A stretch of 64,000 nt of DNA from a virus (lineage: Duplodnaviria > Caudoviricetes), in the IMG/VR virus record IMGVR_UViG_3300028638_000008, positions 10,464-74,463 of that record; one strand, written 5' to 3'. The notes under the pieces are model-generated. The model saw nothing but the letters and a program-made list of their open reading frames with translations. It was not told where the DNA came from and searched no databases. Position 1 is the stretch's first letter. Every line of letters starts with the position of its first letter. A program made the position numbers and the translations under genes. Shown here one piece after another: positions 37,401 through 44,072 of this stretch.

Positions 37401-38967
37401 TGCGTCAATTCATTGGTGGCAAGGTGACGCAAGCAGCGGTGCGTTTTTAGGGCAAATTCATACTACAGGTTGGACTGGTAGATATGGGTTGGCGGTAGTG
37501 CAAAATTCTGTATCTATTTTTGAGGCTAGTTATGACAAGTCAAATAATTTAACGGCCCAAATTGCTGGATGGAATTTTAACGCCGCCTGCCTTTACAAAG
37601 GCAACCTAATCCTGAACTCTGCGGGTTCAATAAGCGGCAACTACAACGGCGATGTTTCCGGTTGGTGCATCGACGCGGCGGGTAATGCTAAGTTTAATAA
37701 TGCGACGGTTAGGGGCACGGTTTGTGCTACAAGTGGTTGTATTGGTCGGTGGACAATATTAGATACCACTATATGCTCTGTAAATTGTGGCGCAATGATG
37801 TTGTTGTCTGGCTACAATGGCGGAAGAATGTATATTACCGCTGGTGATACGGCGCAATGCGGGAGTATTTCTATTGGCAATTATCTCAGATATCCGGGGG
37901 CTTTTTGCACGGGCTATACCGGAATAACAATTCTCGGAAAAGGTGAATCTGTATTATTCCGAGCAACGATGAACTCTACGACTGGAGAAAACTTCTGCGG
38001 AATATTAGCTGGATGGAATTTTAACGCCGCCTGCCTCTACAAAGGCAACCTAATCCTGAACTCAAACGGCGCAATCAGCGGGTGCTACAACGGCACAACG
38101 ACCGGATGGTGTATAAACGCCGCAGGTGACGCGGTGTTTAATAACGCTACGGTTAGGGGCACTGTTTGCGCATCGGCGGGGCGTATTGGTTGCTTTATTC
38201 TTAATTCTGGCAATTTATTCAGTAGAAATTGTAGTGCTAACGACTGTGGTCATTTCGACCTATTCGGTGGAAGTGGCACCCCGCAATTAATGATTTGCCA
38301 TAGATGTTTAACCACCGGATGCACAACCTCTCAATTCAGTATTAATTCATGGTATGATGGTAGCACGTCAGATTGGGCACCGCTACGCGTTTATTCGTTA
38401 GGAACATATACTGCATTTTTTCAAAAGTCCGTCTGCATAGGGGTTTGTGGCGATTCTCCCCTTTTTGATTCTGCCACGTTCCGAATAAAAACCGGAAGTG
38501 GTCAGTCTTGCGGCATTTGGTCTAATGCGTATAATGGCGCTGATGCTTCTACCGCCGCAATGCGAATTTATATGTGTTGCGGCACTGCCTGCTATGCGTT
38601 CTGCACTAACGGTAAAATAAACGCGACTGGTGGTTATACATGTTCTTCAGATCGCAATATGAAAACCGATATTCAAGACGTGAACGTATTGCACCTGCTG
38701 CGACAAATGCCGGTTACAAAATGGCGATTCAAGGATAGCCGCGATTACAGAATTGGCCCGATGGCGCAGGATTTCAATAATCTTTTCAAGCTCAACCACG
38801 ATTGGCAAACTAACCTTACCGTCAGCGGCCTAGACGGTATCGCTCTCAAAGCCGTTAAGGAAGTCGATGAGAACGTGCAAGAGCATGATAAATGTATCGT
38901 AATGCTGAAAGAAAAACTTCAAAAACTTGAATGTGAAATGGCCGCAATCCGCGAAATGATAAACTAA
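31438..38967 (+). CDS. Tail tip/central fibre protein (gpJ/TipJ-like) with FN3 repeats, Cys-rich Gly/beta repeats, LamG domain (about 36200-36730) and C-terminal S74 intramolecular chaperone
   Basis: DILSEGPIKGLV, W.DNPAW..YDL..RYG.G, GCTSRG.A.R.GKW; LamG FQFDG..WTVSAWV..IYNRALT..EV..LY; S74 SSDRNMKTDI..W.F..IGPMAQD. Confidence 0.92.
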   Translation: MPTEAPNTLRSRARYKIVDILSEGPIKGLVNGAQSIFLDDTPIQNRDGTYNFPNFDVTRDVTELPVVAPTGSNAPLFHGTFPASENTVNVGVKVTNDSPEGSGSGDGSVTRTITDSSLDAARVTLRIPALAITNTTTGDIAGGQINFNIYVKPNGGDFSPIDAGAAWTNLTVGGNTLPESSGVELTVRLSGDRTTAKKITWQYAEVVGGIVGEWITYASVDIPATSSSQQAEGFYNWSANLGDFTRSVKYLGAGTYRVRSVTTGGTGTDISARQYQVVGLQISGKTVSPYDVSYNVPLPDGGAPWEIKVQRWTSDNTAANYQDDLYWLSYTEIINNRFSWPNIAGMQLTFDAESFGGNVPARSYDVMGLMVQIPSNYDPYNRLYTGTWDGTFKTDWTDNPAWIFYDLLTNKRYGLGSNIDAAQIDKWALYSIGQYCDELVDAPNGKQEPRYTCSCVINSQQEAYDLLTAIASAFRGMIYWSNGAITATADMPSDPVIDVGPANVINGEFTYQGASRKARHTVARVSWNNPDDGYKLNVEIYEDTEAIRKYGYRPIDINAFGCTSRGLARRWGKWLISSDNDAPDTVTYKASFDHFAIRPGDVIRIADPNYSAEQNFGRIVSIVDNEDTTHTITLDRAVTLIGGDDSELALTLPDQTQLLLDVSVLVTATSSEITVPSASLTTMPMIGAVWLLKKETVEPRQWRVFSVVESEKNIYQVSAMLYNPNKYAEIETGLNFEEANFSAMPTGEIPAPTGLVVSEFLKQTGSAILECATLSWTRPDDARADFFEVQYQIDGRDWQATTPNLVGTTSVDILNIVPETYNFRVRAQDSTGLFRSSWATLSSQTLLGKQKKPENVTGFTATVEKFGILLKWTPVSDIDIDFYEIRSGASWAAGTVIGKPKAAEFKYEENVTGAYTFWIAAKDTSKNYSATPASASATISAQGTPTLSTVAVNGGIQLTIGGTVSRGFKNYEIQRKEYPSGAETTINNNVLTRIFTDSDIATLGYVKSWQYRVRAVDQNGSASAYTAWSAQLTPKQIENNDITANQIIAKDFRTACNAGNGTVSGVLFNANGIQAWNGATNTFCIDAATGNVSLTGTITANIGCIGGWCIATGCLYATNAKMYSGAANTARMEFGTGACSAGINSANAGTDISFWAGSTFANRASAPFRVTAAGAITATSGLIGGFTIDGTEGLYAGTGATRVQMKAGAGFWAGATAQNDACFSVTQAGYLKSTSGLIGAWTISQTRLCRLFTNGCLVLGMGQGEQIQWAENTDGAWSAITIGQCVWTGTYVARTGMAITFNNTPYFQVHKPIGGGAICANIAGWNFNATQIYSTGCGLILCNTGAIQTGSFVTGNAGWKIDYLGNAEFNNICARGAIRTAVFIKDEISVIGGRTLIRPAGVSTLDCNPGADTFNIHLGSNIDQFAVNDLIRIKDGAGDFWACVCACNGASQCLTVVKTAGTRFAFTKGQAIVNYGAKTGCGGILLDGQAPYIDIYTHNGTPWNGTCSRGRMGNLNGWGSFSTDTYGLALGSPTGNYMTYDSVSGNLNILGNINVCSTLPLSMPGGAVLDISAKGSTTDTIALTGGVKDVSGNGNNGTAYNGVTVSDSKIGKVFQFDGASKYINIPSLGSDAPWTVSAWVARNAFANATWKTIIAVASGNIHHLILTDDYGVGLWDGSHKSFGYVVPNDGKFHALTVIYHNSTSASLYADGVFVRTITINLNLNTYKFGKIGNWSGGGYHAGPIGNLKIYNRALTAEEVKTLYLVGNQQESGTITADRVQTGTLQSINWGTSAGSLFNLNDGTFAMGGSSAPKLCWNGTTLSVTGNITITGGSGIGNFSDAGALATVDNLDGVADGSTYKRTTTNEKTGAGRAYSGLDSSNRLVTAVIPGTAVTPSTAGLFIGSTNMGYHNGTVWKTYMDNCGNFYLGGSAVGGCGLAWNATSNCLTVCGCITSGAGRIGGWNITGSQIIQTCIGGVNNRKLEMNASYASIHWWQGDASSGAFLGQIHTTGWTGRYGLAVVQNSVSIFEASYDKSNNLTAQIAGWNFNAACLYKGNLILNSAGSISGNYNGDVSGWCIDAAGNAKFNNATVRGTVCATSGCIGRWTILDTTICSVNCGAMMLLSGYNGGRMYITAGDTAQCGSISIGNYLRYPGAFCTGYTGITILGKGESVLFRATMNSTTGENFCGILAGWNFNAACLYKGNLILNSNGAISGCYNGTTTGWCINAAGDAVFNNATVRGTVCASAGRIGCFILNSGNLFSRNCSANDCGHFDLFGGSGTPQLMICHRCLTTGCTTSQFSINSWYDGSTSDWAPLRVYSLGTYTAFFQKSVCIGVCGDSPLFDSATFRIKTGSGQSCGIWSNAYNGADASTAAMRIYMCCGTACYAFCTNGKINATGGYTCSSDRNMKTDIQDVNVLHLLRQMPVTKWRFKDSRDYRIGPMAQDFNNLFKLNHDWQTNLTVSGLDGIALKAVKEVDENVQEHDKCIVMLKEKLQKLECEMAAIREMIN
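37564..38063 (+). repeat. 56-bp direct repeat in the tail tip gene (37564-37619 and 38008-38063, 1 mismatch), followed by diverged paralogous sequence
   Basis: GCTGGATGGAATTTTAACGCCGCCTGCCT(T/C)TACAAAGGCAACCTAATCCTGAACTC; a third, more diverged AGWNFNA copy near 35401. Confidence 0.9.
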
Positions 38968-38972
38968 AAAAT

Positions 38973-39004
38973 AGGCAGTATGGCGCAACCGTGCTATACT
39001 GCCT
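38973..39004 (+). terminator. Hairpin after the tail tip gene
   Basis: AGGCAGTAT...ATACTGCCT inverted repeat. Confidence 0.55.
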
Positions 39005-39075
39005 TATACACAATTCTCAATGGGGGTTGACAACTAGTTAATGATATGTTAATATCTGTTATAGGAGATTAACAA

Positions 39076-39669
39076 ATGTTTATACCAAGTAGAAAAGCTG
39101 TTAATCATCTGGGTGTTTGTGCTAATACTCTTAGAAAGTGGGCAGATGATGGTAAAATCAGATTTATCAGGAATCCAGCAGGACAAAGATTATACGATGT
39201 TAGTAGCATCGAACAATCAAGTTCTACCTGTAAATCATACTGCTACTGTCGAGTATCAAGCCAGAAACAAGCAGATGATCTTGAAAGACAAAAAGATTTC
39301 ATGCGAAATAGATACCCACAATATGATGTCATCTCTGACATCGGAAGTGGAATCAATTTCAAAAGAAAAAACTTGCTCTACCTTCTGGAACAAGCAAGTC
39401 TTGGAAATGTCAAGGAAATTGTGGTTGCCCATCGTGACCGGCTCTGCCGGTTTGGATTTGAACTCATTGAATGGTACTTCACTAAGTACAATGTTAAACT
39501 CGTGGTACTCGATGATAGTAAGAGTTCCCCTCAACAGGAACTTATTACCGACTTACTCTCAATTATTACCGTGTTCTCCTGCCGTATTCACGGACTCAGG
39601 AAATACCATAATAAGATCAAGGAAGATCAGGTTCTACCCAACGAAACAACAGAAAATTCTTCTGTATAA
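39076..39669 (+). CDS. tnpA: IS607 serine recombinase transposase
   Basis: N-terminal MerR HTH (LGV..NTLRKW..G.I..IR..GQRLY); catalytic YCRVSS..Q..DL.RQ; DIGSG.N.KR; HRDRL.RFGF. Confidence 0.95.
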   Translation: MFIPSRKAVNHLGVCANTLRKWADDGKIRFIRNPAGQRLYDVSSIEQSSSTCKSYCYCRVSSQKQADDLERQKDFMRNRYPQYDVISDIGSGINFKRKNLLYLLEQASLGNVKEIVVAHRDRLCRFGFELIEWYFTKYNVKLVVLDDSKSSPQQELITDLLSIITVFSCRIHGLRKYHNKIKEDQVLPNETTENSSV

Positions 39670-40738
39670 GTGGTTTGGAACCGCTAGATATTCGTTTAAT
39701 AAAGCAGTTGAATATCTGAAAAACCCAGATAATAAAGCAAACTGGATGCAGATAAAAGCTGGTTTAATTCATGAATTACCTGAATGGTCTAAGGAAATTC
39801 CTTACCAGATTAAATCAGTTGCTGTTAGAGATGCTTGTTTAGCTGTTACTAACGCGAAAAAGAAGTTTAATTTAACTGGTAAATTTCAGAAAGTTAAATT
39901 TCGCTCTCGTAAGAAAGCAGATTTTAATCTGTTTATTCCCAAGTCTGCCCTGCGAGAGAATGGTTTTTACCATACTCTAACAGGTACAATAAATTTAAGA
40001 GAAAGTGTAGGTAATGCTGATTATGATTGTAGGGTAATTCTTGAGAATGATCGTTACTTTTTAATTAAGCCGGAAAATAGAGCTGTTAAAAAACCTGATA
40101 ACCAAAGGTACTCTGTCGTAGCTTTAGACCCCGGTGTAAGGACTTTTCAAACTATTTACTCGCCGGAATTAGCTGTTAAAGTAGCTCAGAATGACTTTTC
40201 TAGGATTTATAGACTTTGTTACTTGTTGGATAAACTGTATTCAAACAGGAAGAAACAGATTACTAACAAATACAATGTTAAATTAAAGAAAATTCGCTGG
40301 AAAATTAAAGACTTAATTTCTGAATTACACCACAAATTAGCTTTATTTCTTGTAAAAACTTTTGATAACATTCTAATACCTTCTTTTGAAACATCTAATA
40401 TGGTAACTAAGTTACATTCTAAGGTAGCTAGAGCTATGTTAGGTTGGTCACATTACAAGTTTAAACAATTCCTTAAATACAAGGCAGAAGAATATTCTTG
40501 CAATGTAATAGAAGTTAATGAAAGTTATACCAGTAAAACTTGTGGTAATTGTGGTAAGCAGCAAAATATCGGTAGTAAAGAAGTTTTTAAATGTTCTTGT
40601 GGACTGGTAATAGACAGAGATTTAAACGGAGCAAGAAACATTCTTTTAAAGAACGCTTCTTGCGTAGAAAGATTCTTCCACGGTTTAGCTAACGGCGTAG
40701 ACTGTGAACCTCAATTAGCAAGTATTAATGCTTGTTAA
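39113..40738 (+). CDS. tnpB: IS607 TnpB RNA-guided nuclease, pro-Fanzor-type rearranged RuvC; true start uncertain (e.g. ATG 39323)
   Basis: RSRKIRFYPT..WFGTARY.FN; RuvC-I ALDPGVRTF; RuvC-II site ILIPSFE; VNESYTSKTCGNCG..C.CG; RuvC-III DRDLNGARNI. Confidence 0.9.
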   Translation: MFVLILLESGQMMVKSDLSGIQQDKDYTMLVASNNQVLPVNHTATVEYQARNKQMILKDKKISCEIDTHNMMSSLTSEVESISKEKTCSTFWNKQVLEMSRKLWLPIVTGSAGLDLNSLNGTSLSTMLNSWYSMIVRVPLNRNLLPTYSQLLPCSPAVFTDSGNTIIRSRKIRFYPTKQQKILLYKWFGTARYSFNKAVEYLKNPDNKANWMQIKAGLIHELPEWSKEIPYQIKSVAVRDACLAVTNAKKKFNLTGKFQKVKFRSRKKADFNLFIPKSALRENGFYHTLTGTINLRESVGNADYDCRVILENDRYFLIKPENRAVKKPDNQRYSVVALDPGVRTFQTIYSPELAVKVAQNDFSRIYRLCYLLDKLYSNRKKQITNKYNVKLKKIRWKIKDLISELHHKLALFLVKTFDNILIPSFETSNMVTKLHSKVARAMLGWSHYKFKQFLKYKAEEYSCNVIEVNESYTSKTCGNCGKQQNIGSKEVFKCSCGLVIDRDLNGARNILLKNASCVERFFHGLANGVDCEPQLASINAC

Positions 40739-40760
40739 TGGAAATGAATCGGTAATTCTC

Positions 40761-41804
40761 ATGGCGAAAAAAGAACCGCGTAAGATTGTTTTTCAGGTGC
40801 ATGGTGGCCTTGGCGCAAACATTATGAAAACCGCCGTATTAAAGCAGCTCAGGGCTGAAAATCCCGATGCTGTCATTCACGTAAAGGCGAGTTATCCCGA
40901 TGTTTTCAAAAATCTTGATTTTGTCGATGAATACTTTGCAGGCCCGCCGCAGCAGATTATTCACGGGGCCTATCGCAATTACAAGGATTTTGAGTTTATC
41001 GGCGAGCAGGAGCCTTACCTCGACAAAGAATACCGCGCAAAGAAATGCCATTTCATTGAAGCCGCGTGCAGGCGCTATGAAATCGGCAAGCCCGCATCGT
41101 GTATCGGTGAAATAAAACTTACGCAGAAAGAAAAAAAAGACGTTAAAAAGATTCTCGACCAGATTCTTCAGCAGATGCCGAACGCAAAAGGCAAAAAGCT
41201 AGTTGCTTTTCAATGGACTGGCGGCGTTCCGACTTTCTCGCAGGATTCTGCAAACGAAATCGGGCGCGTTACTCAGGCCCGAAACATGCCGAAAGAAGCC
41301 GCTCAGAAGATTGTCGATGCTCTTGTGAAGAATGACTACGCCGTTTTGCAGGTGTCGCTGCCGAAAGAAGAAAGCCTGAATAACGTGCTTCGGCTTTACA
41401 ACGATAACAATTCAGCACCGCTGCCAATTCGCTATCTTTTCGCGCTTCTCAATGAATGTTTTGGCTTTATCGGTATTGATAGCTTTGCACAGCACGCATG
41501 GGCCGCGCTTGAAAAGAAAAACGGCCTTGTTATGTGGGGTGGCACCTCTCCCGCTCAGTTGGGCTATGATTCAATGCTGAATCTCACGCCAACAAATAAC
41601 CCTTGCGACGACCTGCATTGTGGCCGCCCGTTCAGCTTTGTCGGTGATTTTCTTGGCAATGGTGAGCCGTGGTCATGTCCGTTCAATGAGGGTTGCATGA
41701 ACTATAACCCCGAATTTGTTGTCGGCAAGTTTATCACAATGGTTGCTGAAAATGAGCCAAAGCCTGAAATGGAGCTTGTAGAGACTGAACCAAAGCTGCC
41801 CTAA
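40761..41804 (+). CDS. GT9-like (heptosyltransferase-like) glycosyltransferase
   Basis: GGLGANIM.TAVLKQL..NPDA.I.V..YPDVF..; FIGIDSFAQHAWAAL.K..LVMWGGT. Confidence 0.75.
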   Translation: MAKKEPRKIVFQVHGGLGANIMKTAVLKQLRAENPDAVIHVKASYPDVFKNLDFVDEYFAGPPQQIIHGAYRNYKDFEFIGEQEPYLDKEYRAKKCHFIEAACRRYEIGKPASCIGEIKLTQKEKKDVKKILDQILQQMPNAKGKKLVAFQWTGGVPTFSQDSANEIGRVTQARNMPKEAAQKIVDALVKNDYAVLQVSLPKEESLNNVLRLYNDNNSAPLPIRYLFALLNECFGFIGIDSFAQHAWAALEKKNGLVMWGGTSPAQLGYDSMLNLTPTNNPCDDLHCGRPFSFVGDFLGNGEPWSCPFNEGCMNYNPEFVVGKFITMVAENEPKPEMELVETEPKLP

Positions 41805-41899
41805 TTAAACCATAAAGGATATTGCGTTTTCTCCCCTCCACAATATCCCCATTTTTGCCGGTGCAAACCGGCTTTTTTGGCATAAGAAAGGCGTAAAAT

Positions 41900-42400
41900 A
41901 TGAACATAGTTCTAATGCGCGGCCAGACCGACTGCGAAGTTGCGATGCTTGCAACCGCCCTGCAAATAAGCTATGAAGATGCAAAGGCGGCGCTTGATTG
42001 GCGCAAATTACCGCAGGGGCTTGAGAACCCCATTTTCGGCAACCCCTACAATGTTTATCGGGCGCTAATCAGCCTTGGCTATTGGAAAAAGAATATAACT
42101 TTAACCGATATTTTAACGGGCAAGTATCAACCCGGCAAAACATGTTGCCTGATTCATAACCCGCAAAGCCCGACGCTATCGCAACACTGGATTGTTTTAG
42201 GCGCGAACCGGCCTGAATTTGGCACTATAGAGGTCTTTTGGGGTGATACCGAAAAGCCGCGAATGTTAACGCATAAACAGTTCAAAGATTATTTCATTAA
42301 AGGCTTTCCGAATTGCGCGATGGTGCCTTATAAAGCTAATGTTTGGCGCATTTTATGGGAACGCATGAAAATCTTTTTCGGGGTAAAAAATGACAGTTAA
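41900..42400 (+). CDS. Putative C39-like cysteine peptidase
   Basis: Q.DC.VAMLA..L..SY (Cys), HWIV (His), GD. Confidence 0.5.
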   Translation: MNIVLMRGQTDCEVAMLATALQISYEDAKAALDWRKLPQGLENPIFGNPYNVYRALISLGYWKKNITLTDILTGKYQPGKTCCLIHNPQSPTLSQHWIVLGANRPEFGTIEVFWGDTEKPRMLTHKQFKDYFIKGFPNCAMVPYKANVWRILWERMKIFFGVKNDS

Positions 42401-42682
42401 AGCATGGGAACTGAAAAACGCTATAATAGACACGGTTGAAGTTTACTTGCGCGATAATGCCGGTTATTATGCTTTAAATCACGCTTCGGCGGCATTCTTT
42501 ACCCGTGGCGTATTAGATACCGTGCGTATTTGTTTTCTGGTGACGATGTTGTGCGCTTCAATATTCCGCTAGATATTCCCGAAAAAACCGATATTGAGGT
42601 TAGAGTTATAACGCCGCTAGGTGCAGGTGAAACATCAATGGGTGCTACTTTTGAGGCGTGGTATGAAAGGATAGTAAGCTAA
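42390..42682 (+). pseudogene. Frameshifted or recoded hypothetical gene (0 frame 42390-42479, -1 frame to stop 42682)
   Basis: -1 frame KSRFGGILYPW..IPEKTDIEVRV..TFEAWYE ends in TAA overlapping the next ATG; junction T TTA AAT at 42473-42479. Confidence 0.5.
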
Positions 42683-43092
42683 TGAAAAAACTAGTAATTA
42701 AACGACTTTCAGACGATGGGCGGCAGACTTTGGGCACTGGCACGCTTTACGATTGCGATAAAAAGGTATTTGAGTTTGTAACACTTGAACCGCCTTGGCG
42801 AAATAACGAAAGGCAGGTTAGTTGCATACCGGCAGGCGTTTACAAGGTTACGCCGCGCAAATCGCCGAAATATGGCAATCATTATCACGTGCAAGATGTT
42901 CTTTTGCGCGATTATATTCTGATTCATTTCGGAAACTACGCCAAAGACTCTACTGGCTGCATACTTGTCGGCAAGCGGTTCTCAGACATCAACGGCGACG
43001 GGCAAATCGACATTACATCAAGTAAAGTTACCCTTGAAAAACTTTTGCATTTTGCGCCTGAAGGCTTTACAATGGTTATTGAGGCTGCATAG
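42682..43092 (+). CDS. DUF5675-family protein, probable endolysin
   Basis: TLG..TLEPPW.NN..SCIPAG.Y..ILIH.GN..DS.GCILVG; upstream of the holin. Confidence 0.75.
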   Translation: MKKLVIKRLSDDGRQTLGTGTLYDCDKKVFEFVTLEPPWRNNERQVSCIPAGVYKVTPRKSPKYGNHYHVQDVLLRDYILIHFGNYAKDSTGCILVGKRFSDINGDGQIDITSSKVTLEKLLHFAPEGFTMVIEAA

Positions 43093-43180
43093 TTTTATGG
43101 CCGATATTTGATAAAAAGGGGCGATCAAGCTGAAACATCTTAAACGCGCATCAAAGCACGATATTAAGAAAGAAAGCGGG

Positions 43181-43351
43181 GTGAAACATAACGAAGAACA
43201 AAGAGAAGAAAAGAAAAAATACCTTGCCGAAAGGCTTGTGGTTGCATTGGCCGCAAAACTTGACCTATGCGAGTGCGGTGGCTTAATCTATTTGATAGAT
43301 GGTATTGAATACTGCGGTGATTGCGATAACCCGCGCAAATATAAGGAGTAA
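43181..43351 (+). CDS. Small Cys-containing hypothetical protein
   Basis: GTG start with RBS GCGGG; LCECGG..YCGDCD. Confidence 0.45.
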   Translation: MKHNEEQREEKKKYLAERLVVALAAKLDLCECGGLIYLIDGIEYCGDCDNPRKYKE

Positions 43352-43356
43352 AAATA

Positions 43357-43638
43357 ATGCGAGCATTTTTTAAAAGTATTTTCGGCATGTTTCTTGGCGC
43401 TGATGGGATTCTCAGCAGCACAAAGCTGCTTTCATTCATTGGTTATGCGCTTTTTGTGTTTATTTCAATCTGGACGGCGATTTACAACCCGGAAAAGTTT
43501 AATTATGAGCTTTTCGCCATTCTTTCGGCGGCCTCAAGCTCGTCAATGCGGCTGATTGATAAGTGGCTCAATGTTAAATCATTTACCGGCGCGGCTTCGG
43601 CAATCGTCGAAACAGAAGCAGAGGCAAAAAGTGAATGA
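43357..43638 (+). CDS. Putative holin
   Basis: Two hydrophobic segments, charged C-terminus, lysis-cassette position; LSSTKLLSFIG. Confidence 0.65.
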   Translation: MRAFFKSIFGMFLGADGILSSTKLLSFIGYALFVFISIWTAIYNPEKFNYELFAILSAASSSSMRLIDKWLNVKSFTGAASAIVETEAEAKSE

Positions 43639-43984
43639 AAAAAATACTGATTATTTCGGTGTTTTTGTGGGTATTATCTGCATCGCCGTTGTTTGCGCGG
43701 GAATCATATACTATTACCGGGGCGCAGATAAGCAGCTTGAGCGCGAACTTGACAACGCTCAAAGAATTAACAATCAGCTTGCGTCTGAAACTAGACAGCT
43801 ACAAACAAGCATTGCAAGCCACGGCGCAGGAATTAAAAGTATCAGAAGCCAAGTTGGAAAAAGCAGAAAGCGAATCGAACACGTTTATATTGAGATTGAG
43901 CAATCAGCAAACGATGCTGACAGAGCAATCCAAGTCATTGAGCAATGCGAAAACATCATTGAAGCGGTTAAGGCGCAAAGATAA
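43631..43984 (+). CDS. Inner-membrane spanin-like protein (N-terminal TM plus coiled coil)
   Basis: GTG 43631; YFGVFVGIICIAVVCAGIIYYY then heptad-like region. Confidence 0.5.
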   Translation: MNEKNTDYFGVFVGIICIAVVCAGIIYYYRGADKQLERELDNAQRINNQLASETRQLQTSIASHGAGIKSIRSQVGKSRKRIEHVYIEIEQSANDADRAIQVIEQCENIIEAVKAQR

Positions 43985-44039
43985 GGCAAAAAATATCTTG
44001 TTTATGCTGATTCTTGGCGCGGTTATCGCGAATAAATAA
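43635..44039 (+). CDS. Secreted coiled-coil protein with C-terminal hydrophobic anchor (spanin-like), overlapping the previous gene in another frame
   Basis: Signal peptide MKKILIISVFLWVLSASPLFA; coiled coil; C-terminal NILFMLILGAVIA. Confidence 0.6.
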   Translation: MKKILIISVFLWVLSASPLFARESYTITGAQISSLSANLTTLKELTISLRLKLDSYKQALQATAQELKVSEAKLEKAESESNTFILRLSNQQTMLTEQSKSLSNAKTSLKRLRRKDKAKNILFMLILGAVIANK

Positions 44040-44072
44040 AAAGGCCGGGGTTGTTATGCCCCGGCTCTTTTT
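44040..44072. terminator. Bidirectional intrinsic terminator
   Basis: AAA-GGCCGGGG-ttgttatg-CCCCGGCT-CTTTTTT between convergent genes. Confidence 0.8.

Larger units (their letters stand above)
39027..40752 (+). mobile_element. IS607-family element (tnpA plus tnpB)
   Basis: AT-rich relative to flanks; bounded by GG (left flank TGGGGG 39021-39026; right end ..GAATCGG); removing it restores a phage-type RBS GGGGGT for the gene at 40761; internal promoter TTGACA-N17-TAATAT at 39027-39055. Confidence 0.85.

Noticed and set aside
37564-38170. Tail-fibre repeats as a DGR template/variable repeat pair
   Set aside because: No reverse transcriptase in the window, both copies are in-frame coding, and differences are not adenine-specific.
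34590-38967. Cys excess as evidence of a reassigned genetic code
   Set aside because: Enrichment is confined to part of one gene; conserved enzymes elsewhere use Cys and all three stop codons normally.
39027-40752. IS607 as an IStron (group I intron fusion)
   Set aside because: Only about 50 nt lie between the left end and tnpA, leaving no room for an intron core, and the insertion is intergenic.
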